Shown: one piece after another, positions 1-12,286 of the stretch | How the letters are laid out: each line of letters starts with the position of its first letter | How positions within the stretch are numbered: position 1 is the stretch's first letter | Assembly: GCA_963771355.1 (NCBI GenBank) | Contig: CAVYTA010000008.1 | Span: 75,700-139,699 of the forward strand | Direction of reading: 5' to 3' | DNA length: 64,000 nucleotides | Source of the DNA: an uncultured Candidatus Rokubacteria bacterium | GTDB lineage: Bacteria > Methylomirabilota > Methylomirabilia > Rokubacteriales > CSP1-6 | Translations under genes and position numbers: made by a program | The notes under the pieces: model-generated | Told to the model about the DNA's origin: nothing | Seen by the model: the letters and a program-made list of their open reading frames with translations, nothing else | Databases searched by the model: none

Positions 1-1779
1 AACTTCGGCTACGTGGCCGACGACGTCTCCCTGGCGGTGGAGAAGTTCATGCGGGACTACTATCTCCACGCGCGGGTGATTCACCGCATGTCCCGGCGCC
101 TCATCGCCCGCTGCCGGGAGACGCTCTCGCGTCCCACCCCGGTGCAGCGCCGTCTCCGCCAGGAGGCGCTCGCCGACGGGCTCTTCGTGCTGGACGGCTC
201 GCTGCACCTGGTGCACGCGGACGGGCGCGCCTTCCGCGAGGACCCCACGCGGCTCATGAAGGTGTTCTGGCACTCGCACCAGCTGGGCTTCGATCTCGGC
301 ATCGACGTGGAGCGCGCCATCGAGGAGTCACTCGACCTGGTGGACGAGACCTTCCAGCGCTCGCCCGAGGTGCGCGACCTCTTCCTCGCCATCTGCCGCA
401 ACTGGGGCCGCACCGCGCAGACCCTGCGGGAGCTGCACGAGCTGGGGGTGCTGGGCCGCTATCTCCCGGAGTGGGGCGCGCTCACCTGCCTCGTGCAGTA
501 CGACGTCTACCACCGCTTCACCGCCGATCAGCACTCGCTGCTCGCGGTGGAGAACCTGGAGGCGCTGGCCCCCGGCCCGTCGGCGGAGGCGGAGGGGATC
601 GCGGCGGTGCTCAACGAGGTGGCGCGCCCGGACCTCCTGATGATGGGCATGCTGCTGCACGACATCGGCAAGGGGAAGGGCCATGGCCACGTGGCCAAGG
701 GCATCCCCCTCATCGAGGAGCTGACCGCGCGCATCGGACTGCCGCCCGAGGACGCAGCGGCGGTGATCCTCCTGGTGGCGCATCACCTCACGCTGTCGCA
801 CATCGCCCAGCGGCGCGACATCCACGATCCCAAGACGGTGGACTCTCTCGCCGGGGTGGTGGGTGACCCCGAGCGGCTGCGCATGCTCTATCTCCTCACC
901 TTCGCCGACATGCGCGCGGTGGGGCCGGGCGTGATGACGGGCTGGATGGCGCGCATCCTGTGGGAGGTGTACACCCGCACGCTGATCTCGCTCACCGGCG
1001 GCAAGCTCGAGCGCCCCAGCCGCGAGACGGTGGCCGAGCGGGTGGCGGAGGAGGCCGGCGGGTCACGCCGCGCCGCCGTCGCTCACCTCGCCATGATGTC
1101 CGAGCGCTATCTCACCACCACCTCCGCCCAGCGCATCGCCGCCCACCTCCGCCTCGTCGAGCGGCTGGAGGAGGACGTGGTGGCGACCGAGCTCTTCCAC
1201 CATCCCGATCTCGGGTCCGCCGAGCTGGTGATCGTGACCAAGGACGTGCCGGGCCTCTTCGCCCTCATCGCCGGCACGCTGGCCGCCGAGGGCATCAATA
1301 TCCTGTCCGCCCAGATCCACACGCGCGCCGACGGCATCGCGCTCGATACCTTCCAGGTCAACGATCCCTTCGGGGAGGCGGTGACCGAGGATGCCCGCTG
1401 GCGGCGGACGCTGGCCGCGCTGCGCCGCGTCCTCCGGAGCGAGCAGACGGTGGAGGAGCTGCTGGCCGCGCGCCGCAGCGGCCGGCCCGCCGCCGAGACG
1501 GTGGCGGGCCCGCCCAAGATCTCGGTGGACAACCAGCTCTCCGACACGCACACCGTGGTGGAGGTGAAGTGTCCCGACCGCGTGGGGCTTCTCTACCTCA
1601 TCACGCGGACCTTCCAGTCGCTCGGCCTCGACATCGGCAGCGCCCGCATCGCCACCGAGATCGAGCAGGCATACGACACCTTCTACGTGACGGACCGGCA
1701 GGGCCGGCGCGTCGAGGATCCTCCCCAGATGGACCGGCTCCGCGATGCCCTCGAAGATGCTCTCCTCAAGCCGCTATAA
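1..1779 (+). CDS. glnD: [protein-PII] uridylyltransferase GlnD, C-terminal ~588 aa (5' end outside window)
   Basis: HD-domain motif HDIGKGKGHGH followed by two C-terminal ACT-like domains. ORF is open to base 1, so the gene continues upstream of the window. Confidence 0.8.
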   Translation, partial: NFGYVADDVSLAVEKFMRDYYLHARVIHRMSRRLIARCRETLSRPTPVQRRLRQEALADGLFVLDGSLHLVHADGRAFREDPTRLMKVFWHSHQLGFDLGIDVERAIEESLDLVDETFQRSPEVRDLFLAICRNWGRTAQTLRELHELGVLGRYLPEWGALTCLVQYDVYHRFTADQHSLLAVENLEALAPGPSAEAEGIAAVLNEVARPDLLMMGMLLHDIGKGKGHGHVAKGIPLIEELTARIGLPPEDAAAVILLVAHHLTLSHIAQRRDIHDPKTVDSLAGVVGDPERLRMLYLLTFADMRAVGPGVMTGWMARILWEVYTRTLISLTGGKLERPSRETVAERVAEEAGGSRRAAVAHLAMMSERYLTTTSAQRIAAHLRLVERLEEDVVATELFHHPDLGSAELVIVTKDVPGLFALIAGTLAAEGINILSAQIHTRADGIALDTFQVNDPFGEAVTEDARWRRTLAALRRVLRSEQTVEELLAARRSGRPAAETVAGPPKISVDNQLSDTHTVVEVKCPDRVGLLYLITRTFQSLGLDIGSARIATEIEQAYDTFYVTDRQGRRVEDPPQMDRLRDALEDALLKPL

Positions 1780-2362
1780 GGCCCCCGTGCAGCGCGCCGC
1801 CGATCCCATCGCGCGGCTGCTGCTCCGCGCCCGGGTGCGGCCCAATCACCTCACGGTGGCGGGCCTGGGCGTGTCCTGCCTCGCCGCCTGGGCCTTCGCC
1901 GACGGGCGGCTCCGCACCGGCGCCGCGCTCCTCACCGTGGCCGGGCTCCTCGACCTCTTCGACGGATCCCTGGCACGTCTGTCGGGTCAGGACTCCGATT
2001 TCGGCGCCTTCCTGGACTCGGTGGTGGACCGTTACTCGGACCTCGTGGTCCTGCTGGGGCTCATCGTATATTGCCAACGTATCGGTGAGTGGACGCTCTG
2101 CCTGTTCACCATGGCCACCCTGGTGGGCACGGTGATGGTCTCCTATACCAAGGCCCGCGCCCAGTCCATCGGCATCTCCTGCGAGATCGGGCTCATGGAG
2201 CGGCCGGAGCGTCTCATCGTCCTCATCGCCGGCGCCACCTTCAACCTCATGACCCCCACCATGGCGCTGCTGGCGCTCCTCACCCACCTCACCGCCCTGC
2301 AGCGCATCTTCTACACGCGCCGCGTCGCGCGAGGCATGGAGCGGCCGGGCGCGTTCCGGTAG
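1745..2362 (+). CDS. CDP-alcohol phosphatidyltransferase family membrane protein
   Basis: D-x2-A-R...G-x3-D-x3-D motif (DLFDGSLARLSGQDSDFGAFLDSVVDRYSD) with multiple transmembrane segments. Start overlaps the glnD stop; ATG at 1758 is an alternative start. Confidence 0.7.
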   Translation: MPSKMLSSSRYKAPVQRAADPIARLLLRARVRPNHLTVAGLGVSCLAAWAFADGRLRTGAALLTVAGLLDLFDGSLARLSGQDSDFGAFLDSVVDRYSDLVVLLGLIVYCQRIGEWTLCLFTMATLVGTVMVSYTKARAQSIGISCEIGLMERPERLIVLIAGATFNLMTPTMALLALLTHLTALQRIFYTRRVARGMERPGAFR

Positions 2363-2371
2363 ACTCAGAGC

Positions 2372-4444
2372 ATGTGGCGTCGCGGGGTCCTGGCGCTCGT
2401 CGTCCTCACGGTGACCTCGGTGGCCCTGGCCTCCCAGGGCGCGGCCCCTCTTCTGCCGGGACTCACGCAGGGTGATGTCATCGCCCTGGCGCTGGTCACC
2501 CAGCGCGGCGGCGATCTGACCACCGCCGCGCGGCTCTACGGCGAAGCCGCCGCCATGGCCGGCCCCATTCCCGAGTACGCGCTGCACCTCCAGGCCGATG
2601 CGCTCGCGCGGCTCCAGGATCCCGCGGCACCCCGCGTGGCGACCCTGGCGGTCGAGCAGGCCGGCTCGGGTCCGCTACTGCCCGCCGCGCTCCTGCTCGC
2701 CGCCCGGGAGTCCGCGCGGGTGGGCGACCAGGTCGGCGCCATCGGCTTCTACCGCCGCTTCCTGGACCGTTATCCCGAGCACGGAGACAGCCCGGCCGCG
2801 CGCTTCGGCCTGGCCGCCGCGCTCGAGTCCACCGGCGAAGGCGAGGAGGCGCTGCGGCTCTTCCGCGGCATCTGGATCACCGCGCCGCTCTCGTCGTTTG
2901 CCCCGGTGGCGCGCGACCGCGAACGCGACCTGACAGACCGCGGGGTGCCGGCGCCGTCCCTCACCCCGCGCGAGCGTGTCGATCGAGTGGAACGGCTCCT
3001 GGCTGGAGGCCAGGCCACCCAGGCCCGGATCGAGGCGGACGTGCTCGTCGCCGAGGGCATCAGCGGTGATCCGCTGCTCCGCGCCCTCCGCGTGGCCGCG
3101 GAGGCCTCGCGCCGGCTCGGCAAGTCCGACGAGGCGCTCCGCGCGGTGGATCGCGCGCTCCTCGTCGTGTCGGGCGAGCGCCGCGCCACCTGGCTTCTCG
3201 AGCGCGCGCGACTGCAGCAGGCCCGGAGCCCCCAGTCGGCCATCGTCACACTGGACCGGCTGGTGCGCGAGCATCCCAAGAGCAGCGAGGCGAGCGACGC
3301 CCTGCTTCTCCGCGCGCAGCTCCTGGAGGCGCAGGCCCAGCCGGTGGAGGCGGAGGCCACCTATGCGCGCCTGGCGGTGGGGTACGGGGACGACGACGAC
3401 GCGGGGCGCGCCCTCTGGCGTCTCGGGTGGCTGGCGTGGTTCCGGCGGGACTACGAGGGGGCCAAGGCCAAGTGGACCCAGCTCATGAATCTGCCCGGCG
3501 GCCAGGCCTTTCGCGACAACGCGATCTACTGGATCGGCCGGGCCCACGAGGAGCGCGGCGAGCTGGACCTGGCCACGCGCCAATGGACGGAGAGCGTCGG
3601 CCGAGAGCCGCGCGGGTACTTCGGCATCCTCGCCACCGCCCGGCTCCAGCGGCGCGGCGCCGCGGTGCCCATCGCGCGCGAGCTGAAAACGCCCATCACG
3701 CTGCCCGCGGACGTGCTGGAGCCCCTCCGCCAGGAGCCGCGCTACGCCAAGGCCACCGCGCTGCGCGCGGCCGGGCTCGGCGCCTGGGCGGACGGCGAGC
3801 TGGACGAGGTGGCGCGCCGCTCGGCCGGCGAGATGGCGCGCCTGTACGCGCTGTCCACCCTCTTCGCCCAGGACGCGCGCCACCACCTCTCGCTCCGCAT
3901 CCTCCGCCGCGAGTTTCTCCCGCTGGCGCGCGCGGGCTACGCGTGGCTCCCGCGCCCCTTCTGGGACATGTTCTATCCACTGGGCTGGCGCGCGGAGATC
4001 GCGAGCGCCGCGCTGAAGGGCGCGGTGGACCCGCTCCTGGTCTCGGCAGTAGTGCGCGAGGAGTCGTCCTACAACCCGCTCGTGCGCTCCCGTGTGGGCG
4101 CGCGCGGCCTCATGCAGCTCATGCCCGACACCGCGCGGCCGCTGGCCCGCGCGCGGGGCATGGATTTCCGGGACGGCGACCTCCTCGACGATCCCGCCGC
4201 CAACGTGGAGCTGGGCGCGGCCTATCTGGGCTGGCTCGTCCGCGAGTTCGGCGAGGCCCGGCTGGCGGTGGCCGCCTACAATGCCGGGCCTAACCGGGTG
4301 AAGGAGTGGTGGGCGGCGCGCAAGTCCGACGACCTCGAGGTGTGGGTGGAGCAGATCCCCTACAACGAGACGCGCAACTTCGTCCGGCGCGTGTCGGTGG
4401 GCTACGAGGAATACCGCCGCCTCTACGCGAGCCACGAGCAGTGA
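2372..4444 (+). CDS. slt: soluble lytic murein transglycosylase (Slt70-like, superhelical domain + SLT domain)
   Basis: N-terminal signal peptide, long alpha-superhelical region, C-terminal SLT catalytic motif (ESSYNPLVRSRVGARGLMQLMPDTA...AYNAGPNRV). Confidence 0.85.
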   Translation: MWRRGVLALVVLTVTSVALASQGAAPLLPGLTQGDVIALALVTQRGGDLTTAARLYGEAAAMAGPIPEYALHLQADALARLQDPAAPRVATLAVEQAGSGPLLPAALLLAARESARVGDQVGAIGFYRRFLDRYPEHGDSPAARFGLAAALESTGEGEEALRLFRGIWITAPLSSFAPVARDRERDLTDRGVPAPSLTPRERVDRVERLLAGGQATQARIEADVLVAEGISGDPLLRALRVAAEASRRLGKSDEALRAVDRALLVVSGERRATWLLERARLQQARSPQSAIVTLDRLVREHPKSSEASDALLLRAQLLEAQAQPVEAEATYARLAVGYGDDDDAGRALWRLGWLAWFRRDYEGAKAKWTQLMNLPGGQAFRDNAIYWIGRAHEERGELDLATRQWTESVGREPRGYFGILATARLQRRGAAVPIARELKTPITLPADVLEPLRQEPRYAKATALRAAGLGAWADGELDEVARRSAGEMARLYALSTLFAQDARHHLSLRILRREFLPLARAGYAWLPRPFWDMFYPLGWRAEIASAALKGAVDPLLVSAVVREESSYNPLVRSRVGARGLMQLMPDTARPLARARGMDFRDGDLLDDPAANVELGAAYLGWLVREFGEARLAVAAYNAGPNRVKEWWAARKSDDLEVWVEQIPYNETRNFVRRVSVGYEEYRRLYASHEQ

Positions 4445-4878
4445 CCGACCCGCGCGCGGGGCTCTTCCGGTGCCTCGCCGCCGGGCTCCTCGATGGCGCG
4501 CTCGGTGTCGTCCTCTGGAGCCTGGCCGCCATGTGGCTGGTGCTGGGCGTGTGGGCCGTGCGCGGGCTGCCGCGGGAGACGCCCACCCTGTTGCTGCTCT
4601 GCGCGGGCGTGCTCGGTCTCGGCGTGGGTCTCCACCTCATCTACAACGTGGTGGTGCTGGGCGGCTGCGGCCAGACGGTGGGTCGCATGGCGCTGGGGAT
4701 CGCGGTGGTGCGCCGCGACGGGGCACCCCCCGGCTATGCCCGCGCTCTGCTCCGTTCCCTGGGCAATCTCGTCACCGTCCTGACCCTGGGGCTGGCCGCC
4801 CTCGTCGCGCTCTTCAATCGTGAAGGACGAGATCTGGCCGACTTGCTCTCCGGGACCCGCGTCGTCCGGCGGCCTTGA
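4441..4878 (+). CDS. RDD family membrane protein
   Basis: In-frame GTG at 4441 overlaps the slt stop. RDD-type motif (VGRMALGIAVVRRDGAPPGYARALLR) with three hydrophobic helices. Confidence 0.55.
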   Translation: MTDPRAGLFRCLAAGLLDGALGVVLWSLAAMWLVLGVWAVRGLPRETPTLLLLCAGVLGLGVGLHLIYNVVVLGGCGQTVGRMALGIAVVRRDGAPPGYARALLRSLGNLVTVLTLGLAALVALFNREGRDLADLLSGTRVVRRP

Positions 4879-4988
4879 CGCGCGGCCGGGCGGCGAGAGT
4901 TGACAACCCGGTGACAGGCCCCCAGGGGTAGGCGCCCTGGTAGACTGGTGCCGTCGGTAGCAGCTCAAGCGACCAGGGAGGCTCGGGA

Positions 4989-5966
<978 letters not shown>

Positions 5967-5972
5967 GCCCAC

Positions 5973-6596
5973 GTGACGCGGCGCGGGCGGATCGCGCTCA
6001 AGGTCGCCGCGTGGGCGGTATGCGTGACGCCGCTCGCCTGGCTGGGCTATTGCGCCGCCACCGGCGATCTCACCGCCAATCCCATCAGCTTCGTCACCAA
6101 CACGCTCGGCGACTGGACCTTCCGCATCCTGCTCGCGAGCCTGGCCGCCACCCCGCTCCGCATCCTCACCGGGTGGTCCTGGCCGATCACGCTCCGGCGA
6201 CTCCTCGGCCTCTGGGCCTTCGCCTACGCGCTGCTGCACTTCTCGGTGTGGGTGGTGCTGGACCACTTCTTCGACTGGGGGGCGCTCGGCGCGGACATCG
6301 TGAAGCGGCCCTACATCACGGTGGGGATGGCGGCGCTGGTGCTGCTGGTGCCGCTGGCGGTCACGTCGACCACCGGCATGATCAAGCGACTGGGAGGTCG
6401 CGCCTGGCGGCGGCTGCACGCCCTCGTCTACCTGGTCGGGGTGCTGGCCGCGCTCCACTATCTCTGGCTGGCGAAGAAGGTGAACACGGCGCCGCGGTGG
6501 TACGCGGCCATTCTCATCGTGCTGCTGGGGATACGGCTGGTGGACTGGGCCCGCCGCCGCCTGGCGGGGCAGCGGCGGGCCGTTCCCGCGGGCTAG
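5973..6596 (+). CDS. msrQ: protein-methionine-sulfoxide reductase heme-binding subunit MsrQ (YedZ)
   Basis: Follows msrP by 6 nt. Polytopic membrane protein with conserved His residues typical of YedZ ferric-reductase-like proteins. Confidence 0.8.
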   Translation: MTRRGRIALKVAAWAVCVTPLAWLGYCAATGDLTANPISFVTNTLGDWTFRILLASLAATPLRILTGWSWPITLRRLLGLWAFAYALLHFSVWVVLDHFFDWGALGADIVKRPYITVGMAALVLLVPLAVTSTTGMIKRLGGRAWRRLHALVYLVGVLAALHYLWLAKKVNTAPRWYAAILIVLLGIRLVDWARRRLAGQRRAVPAG

Positions 6597-7225
6597 CTGG
6601 GCTTGGACGTGGGGCTCATCTCCACTTCCTTGACCCGGAGCTTCCAGATGAGGTCCTGGTAGGAGGAGGTGGCGAGGGCCCGGTCGAAGTACTCCCGGTA
6701 GCCCTCCACCAAGCTCCGCCGGTCCACCAGGACGTCGTGGACGCGCCAGCGGTTATTGCCCGAGGGGACCAGGTGATACTCCACCCGCACCTGACCCTGC
6801 CGCTCCAGCGCCAGGGTGGTCCGCACGGTGGCGCGGGCGGCGCTCACCGTCTCCCCCGTGTAGGTGATGCGCTTGCCCGTCTTGAGGGTACGCAGCCAGA
6901 CGCGTGACAGCATGCCGGTGAACAGCCGGACGAATTCGTCGCGCTCCCCCGCGCTCCGGGCCACCCAGTGCCGGCCCAGGCTCTTCTTGGCCATCTCCCG
7001 GAGGTCGAAGAAACCCTGGGCGGTGCGGGCCAGGTCGCCGGCCGACGGCGCGGTGTCCGAACGCCCGCGGCCGGCGCGCTCGCCCAGGATGTCCTCGACC
7101 GCCTTCTGGACCATCTCCATGGGCGAGTTTCGTCGCACCTCCAGGACGACCTTGGCGGGCCGGCTCAGCGTGAAGATGGGCGTGAGGAGAACGGCGCGAG
7201 TCAGAGCGGCGATGCCTCGGCTCAT
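6593..7225 (-). CDS. MlaC/Ttg2D-family phospholipid-binding periplasmic protein
   Basis: Signal peptide and toluene-tolerance Ttg2D/MlaC-like sequence (KAVEDILGERAG...EFVRLFTGMLSRVWL...RVEYHLVPSGNNRWRVHDVLVD). Confidence 0.65.
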   Translation of the reverse strand: MSRGIAALTRAVLLTPIFTLSRPAKVVLEVRRNSPMEMVQKAVEDILGERAGRGRSDTAPSAGDLARTAQGFFDLREMAKKSLGRHWVARSAGERDEFVRLFTGMLSRVWLRTLKTGKRITYTGETVSAARATVRTTLALERQGQVRVEYHLVPSGNNRWRVHDVLVDRRSLVEGYREYFDRALATSSYQDLIWKLRVKEVEMSPTSKPS

Positions 7226-7667
7226 GGCGAAAAGACCTCCCCGATCGAGATGGCTGCTCCTACTGGCGGGCGCCTTGCAGCGCCTCGCGTCATCAATGCC
7301 GGGCTACGGGTTACCCATCGCCGCGGCTGTCGTCGTTTCGGGTCGGTCGGCTGGGTGCTGCGTCAGGTGCTGCTGTGACGCTCAGATGAAAAGCAACCCA
7401 GGTGCCAGTAGGCTAGAGGGCGAGAGTATCAACAAGATCAATAGGATGGCCCGAGATCTTCCGAGCCCGACCTGACCGCGGCCCTCATTTCGTCAGGACG
7501 GGGACGTCACCCCGCGCATTTTCAACGTGTGACGAGGGTGACGCTGTGTTCGCTGGATTGGCGCCCGTCTAGAGGCTTTCGGCGGGCCAAGTCTTCGAAT
7601 ATACTCACCCACCAATCCCCGTTTCCAGATCCTGAACCGCGACGAGAGCGAGAGCGAGGCGGCACTG

Positions 7668-8426
<759 letters not shown>

Positions 8427-8427
8427 C

Positions 8428-9141
8428 GTGGGCGCCATCCTCGAGGTCGAGAAGCTGGAAGCCTTCTACGGGCGCACGCAGGCTCTCCACGGCGTGAGCT
8501 TCGCGATGGAGGAAGGCGGGATCACCACCGTGCTCGGAGCCAACGGCGCGGGCAAGACCACCACCCTGCGCGCGATCTCCGCCATGGTGAAGACCCGGGG
8601 CTCCATCCGCTTCGGCGGCAAGCCCATCGAGGCCAAGGCCACCGAGCAGATCGTGGCCATGGGCATCGCGCACGTGCCGGAGGCACGCGGCACCTTCGTA
8701 GACCTCACCGTGGAGGAGAATCTCCGCATCGGCATGTACGCGCGGCGTGACAAGCGCCACGCCGCGCGCGACATGGAGCGCGTGCTCGAGCTCTTCCCGA
8801 TCCTCCGCCAGCGGCGACGGCAGCTCGCCGGCACGCTCTCCGGCGGGGAGCAGCAGATGCTCGCGGTGGCGCGGGCGCTGATGCTGGGGCCGCGCCTCTT
8901 GCTGCTCGACGAGCCGTCGCTCGGGCTGGCGCCCCTGGTGGTCCGGGAGATCTTCCGCATCCTCCGCGCCATCAACCAGGAGTCGGGGGTCAGCATCCTG
9001 CTCGTGGAGCAGAACGCCTCGCTCGCCCTCGACCTCGCCGACCACGTGTTCCTGCTCGAGACCGGCCGCGTGGTGCTGTCCGGCACCTCGGACGTCCTCA
9101 AGAAGGACGACGCCATCCGCCGGTCCTATCTCGGATACTGA
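8428..9141 (+). CDS. livF: branched-chain amino acid ABC transporter ATP-binding protein LivF
   Basis: Walker A GANGAGKTTT, LSGGEQQML signature. Begins 2 nt after livG. Confidence 0.85.
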   Translation: MGAILEVEKLEAFYGRTQALHGVSFAMEEGGITTVLGANGAGKTTTLRAISAMVKTRGSIRFGGKPIEAKATEQIVAMGIAHVPEARGTFVDLTVEENLRIGMYARRDKRHAARDMERVLELFPILRQRRRQLAGTLSGGEQQMLAVARALMLGPRLLLLDEPSLGLAPLVVREIFRILRAINQESGVSILLVEQNASLALDLADHVFLLETGRVVLSGTSDVLKKDDAIRRSYLGY

Positions 9142-9148
9142 GGAGCGC

Positions 9149-10030
9149 ATGGACATTTTCGTTCAGCAGGTGATGTCCGGACTCGCCACCGGGGGAATCT
9201 ACGCGAGCCTGGCGCTGGCGCTGGTGATGATCTACCAGGCCACCGACGTGGTGAACTTCGCCCAGGGCGAGATGGCCATGTTCGCGACCTATCTCGCGTG
9301 GTCGATGCTCAACGCGGGAATGCCCTACTGGGGCGCCTTCCTGGCCACCCTCGCCATTGCCTTCGTGGGCGGCGTGGTCATCCAGCGCGTGATCATCCGG
9401 CCCGTCGAGAACAAGCCCATCCTCACCATCGTGATCGTGACGCTCGGCCTCCTCGTGATCTGCAACAGTGTGGCCGGCTGGGTCTGGACGTATCTCCAGA
9501 AGCCCTTTCCCAGTCCCTTCCCCCGCGAGCCCGTCCGGATGGGGAACATCGTGTTCGGCGCGCACGACCTAGGTGAGATCGCCGTCACCCTGGTGATGCT
9601 GGGCCTGCTCTTCGCGTTCTTCCGCTTCACGCCGCTCGGGTTGGCCATGCGCGCGGCCGCGCAAAACCCCGTGTCGAGCCGGCTCGCCGGGATCCGCGTG
9701 AGCTGGATGCTCGCGCTGGGCTGGGGGCTGGCCGCCACCTTCGGCGCGGTGGCCGGGCTCATGGTGGCGCCCATCCTCACCCTGGACCCCAACATGATGG
9801 GAGGCATCCAGATCTATGCCTTCGCGGCGGCCACCCTGGGCGGCTTCACGAGCCCGCTGGGCGCGGTGGTGGGCGGCTTCATGGTCGGGATCGTCGAGAA
9901 CCTCGTGGGCACCTACGTGTCCTTCATCGGCACCGAGCTCAAGCTCACGGTGGCCCTGGCCATGATCATCGTCGTGCTGCTGGTCAAGCCGAGCGGGCTC
10001 TTCGGTCGGACCGCGGCGCGCCGAGTCTAG
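9149..10030 (+). CDS. livH: branched-chain amino acid ABC transporter permease LivH
   Basis: LivH-type N-terminus (FVQQVMSGLATGGIYASLALALVMIY), 8 transmembrane helices. Confidence 0.85.
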   Translation: MDIFVQQVMSGLATGGIYASLALALVMIYQATDVVNFAQGEMAMFATYLAWSMLNAGMPYWGAFLATLAIAFVGGVVIQRVIIRPVENKPILTIVIVTLGLLVICNSVAGWVWTYLQKPFPSPFPREPVRMGNIVFGAHDLGEIAVTLVMLGLLFAFFRFTPLGLAMRAAAQNPVSSRLAGIRVSWMLALGWGLAATFGAVAGLMVAPILTLDPNMMGGIQIYAFAAATLGGFTSPLGAVVGGFMVGIVENLVGTYVSFIGTELKLTVALAMIIVVLLVKPSGLFGRTAARRV

Positions 10031-10032
10031 CG

Positions 10033-11031
10033 ATGACTCGCCGCGCGAGCATCGTCCTCGCGGTGGTGGTGATCGGGATCGCCTTCTCGCTGCCGTTCTA
10101 CATGAGCGGCTTCCGGCTCTTCCAGTTCACCCAGGTCTGTATTTACGCCATCGCGCTGATGGGCCTGAATCTCCTCACCGGCTACAACGGCCAGTTCTCT
10201 CTCGGCCACGGCGCCTTCTACGCCATCGGCGCCTACATCTCCGCCATCATGATGGACCGGTGGGCGATCGGGTACGGCTGGACTATCCCGGTGGCGGGGG
10301 TGCTCTGCCTGGTGGTGGGCTTTCTCTTCGGTCGCCCCGCACTGCGCCTCGAGGGGCTCTACCTCGCGCTGGCCACCTTCTCGCTCGCGCTGGCCGTCCC
10401 GCAGATCCTCAAGTACTTCGAGCACTGGACGGGCGGCTCGCAGGGCATCGTGCTCAGCAAGCCCAAGGCGCCCTGGGGCTTGAAGCTCACCGAGGACCAG
10501 TGGCTGTACCTGGTGACGCTCACCATCACCGTGATCATGTTCGTCCTCGCGGCCAACCTCGTGCGCAGCCGGATCGGCCGCGCTCTGGTGGCGATCCGGG
10601 ACAACCACATCGCCGCCGAGGCCATGGGCGTGGACAACGCCCTCGTCAAGTCGGTGACCTTCGGGGTGAGCGCGGCCTTTACCGGGGTGGCGGGGGCGCT
10701 GTCCGCGGTGGCCATCGCCTATGTCGCGCCCGACTCCTTCAACGTGTTCCTGTCCATCACCTTCCTCATCGGCATTGTTATCGGCGGCCTGGGGTCGATC
10801 TGGGGTAATGTGTTAGGAGCGCTCTTCATCCAGTTCGTCCCCAACTGGGCCCAGGACATCTCCAAGGCCGCCCCCTGGGCCATCTTCGGCATCTTCCTCA
10901 TCGGGTTCATGTACGTCATGCCCTACGGAATCGCGGGGGCGCTGAAGCGCCTCTGGATCCGGGCGGCCCGGCCGCGCGTTTCAGGGCAAGGAGGTGAAGC
11001 GGTCCCGCAGGCGCATTCCCCATCAGGCTGA
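10033..11031 (+). CDS. livM: branched-chain amino acid ABC transporter permease LivM
   Basis: LivM-type permease. Adjacent to and co-oriented with livH. Confidence 0.85.
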   Translation: MTRRASIVLAVVVIGIAFSLPFYMSGFRLFQFTQVCIYAIALMGLNLLTGYNGQFSLGHGAFYAIGAYISAIMMDRWAIGYGWTIPVAGVLCLVVGFLFGRPALRLEGLYLALATFSLALAVPQILKYFEHWTGGSQGIVLSKPKAPWGLKLTEDQWLYLVTLTITVIMFVLAANLVRSRIGRALVAIRDNHIAAEAMGVDNALVKSVTFGVSAAFTGVAGALSAVAIAYVAPDSFNVFLSITFLIGIVIGGLGSIWGNVLGALFIQFVPNWAQDISKAAPWAIFGIFLIGFMYVMPYGIAGALKRLWIRAARPRVSGQGGEAVPQAHSPSG

Positions 11032-11052
11032 ACCATAACCAAGGAGGACAAC

Positions 11053-12270
11053 ATGATCGGACGAAAACTCCTCGTATTCGCGCTGGCCGGTGCCCTGATC
11101 GGCGTCGGGCTGGCGTCGGCCGTCAGCGCCCAGACCGTGGTCGGCGTGACGCCCACCGAGATCAAGATCGGCAATACCAACCCGTACAGCGGGCCCGCCT
11201 CGGCGTACGGCACCATCGGCAAGGCCATCGGCGCCTACTTCAAGAAGGTCAACGACGAGGGCGGCGTCAACGGGCGGAAGATCAACTACATCACGCTCGA
11301 CGACGGCTATAGCCCGCCGAAGGCGGTGGAGATGGTCCGCCGGCTCGTCGAGCAGGACCAGGTGGCGCTGCTCTTCCAGACTCTGGGCACGCCCACCAAC
11401 TCCGCCATTCACAAGTACATGAACGAGAAGAAGGTGCCGCACCTCTTCGTGGCCACCGGCGCCACCAAGTGGAACGACCCCAAGAACTTCCCCTGGACCA
11501 TGGGCTTCCAGCCCAACTACCAGACGGAGGGGCGAGTCTACGCGTCTTACATCCTGAAGAACTTCCCCGACGCGAAGGTGGGCATCCTGTACCAGAACGA
11601 CGATTACGGCAAGGACTACCTCAAGGGCATGGAGGACGGGCTCGGCGCCGCCGCCTCCAAGCTCATCGTGCTGAAGCAGAGCCACGAGGTGACCGACCCG
11701 ACGATCGACTCGCAGATCATCAATCTGAAGAACGCGGGCGCCAACGTCTTCTTCAACGTCACCATCCCGAAGTTCGCGGTGCAGGCGATCAAGAAGGCGC
11801 ATGACATCGGCTGGAAGCCCACGCACTTCCTCAACAACGTGTCCAGCTCGCTGGCTACCGTGCTGAAGCCCGCCGGCCTCGAGGCCTCCAAGGGGCTCAT
11901 CACCGCGCTGTACATGAAGGAAGTCACCGATCCGCAGTGGAACAAGGACAAGGGCTACCTGGACTGGGTGGCGTTCATGAAGAAGTACTATCCTGAGGGC
12001 AACCTCGAGGACCAGTCCAACGCCTACGGGTACAACGTGGCGATCCTGATGACCCAGGTCCTGAAGCAGTGCGGGAACGACTTCTCCCGCGAGAACATCA
12101 TGAAGCAGGCGGCCAACATCAAGGACTTCGAGCTTCCGCTGCTGCTGCCCGGCATGAAGATCAATACGAGCCCGACGGACCACGCGCCCATCGAGCAGGA
12201 GCAGCTCGCGAAGTTCGACGGGGAGCGGTGGGTGCTGTTCGGCGAGATCTTCGACGCCTTCCGGAAGTAG
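11053..12270 (+). CDS. livK: Leu/Ile/Val-binding periplasmic substrate-binding protein (LivK/LivJ family)
   Basis: Signal peptide plus type-I periplasmic binding fold motifs (IKIGNTNPYSGPASAYG...). Preceded by GGAGGA RBS. Confidence 0.85.
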   Translation: MIGRKLLVFALAGALIGVGLASAVSAQTVVGVTPTEIKIGNTNPYSGPASAYGTIGKAIGAYFKKVNDEGGVNGRKINYITLDDGYSPPKAVEMVRRLVEQDQVALLFQTLGTPTNSAIHKYMNEKKVPHLFVATGATKWNDPKNFPWTMGFQPNYQTEGRVYASYILKNFPDAKVGILYQNDDYGKDYLKGMEDGLGAAASKLIVLKQSHEVTDPTIDSQIINLKNAGANVFFNVTIPKFAVQAIKKAHDIGWKPTHFLNNVSSSLATVLKPAGLEASKGLITALYMKEVTDPQWNKDKGYLDWVAFMKKYYPEGNLEDQSNAYGYNVAILMTQVLKQCGNDFSRENIMKQAANIKDFELPLLLPGMKINTSPTDHAPIEQEQLAKFDGERWVLFGEIFDAFRK

Positions 12271-12286
12271 CGGGTAGGGGAAACAC

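Noticed and set aside
7226-7667. 440-nt gap between the MlaC-like gene and livG, examined for small RNA or repeats.
   Set aside because: No convincing repeats, hairpins or conserved promoter hexamers. Contains only a junk ORF (7493-7807, -).
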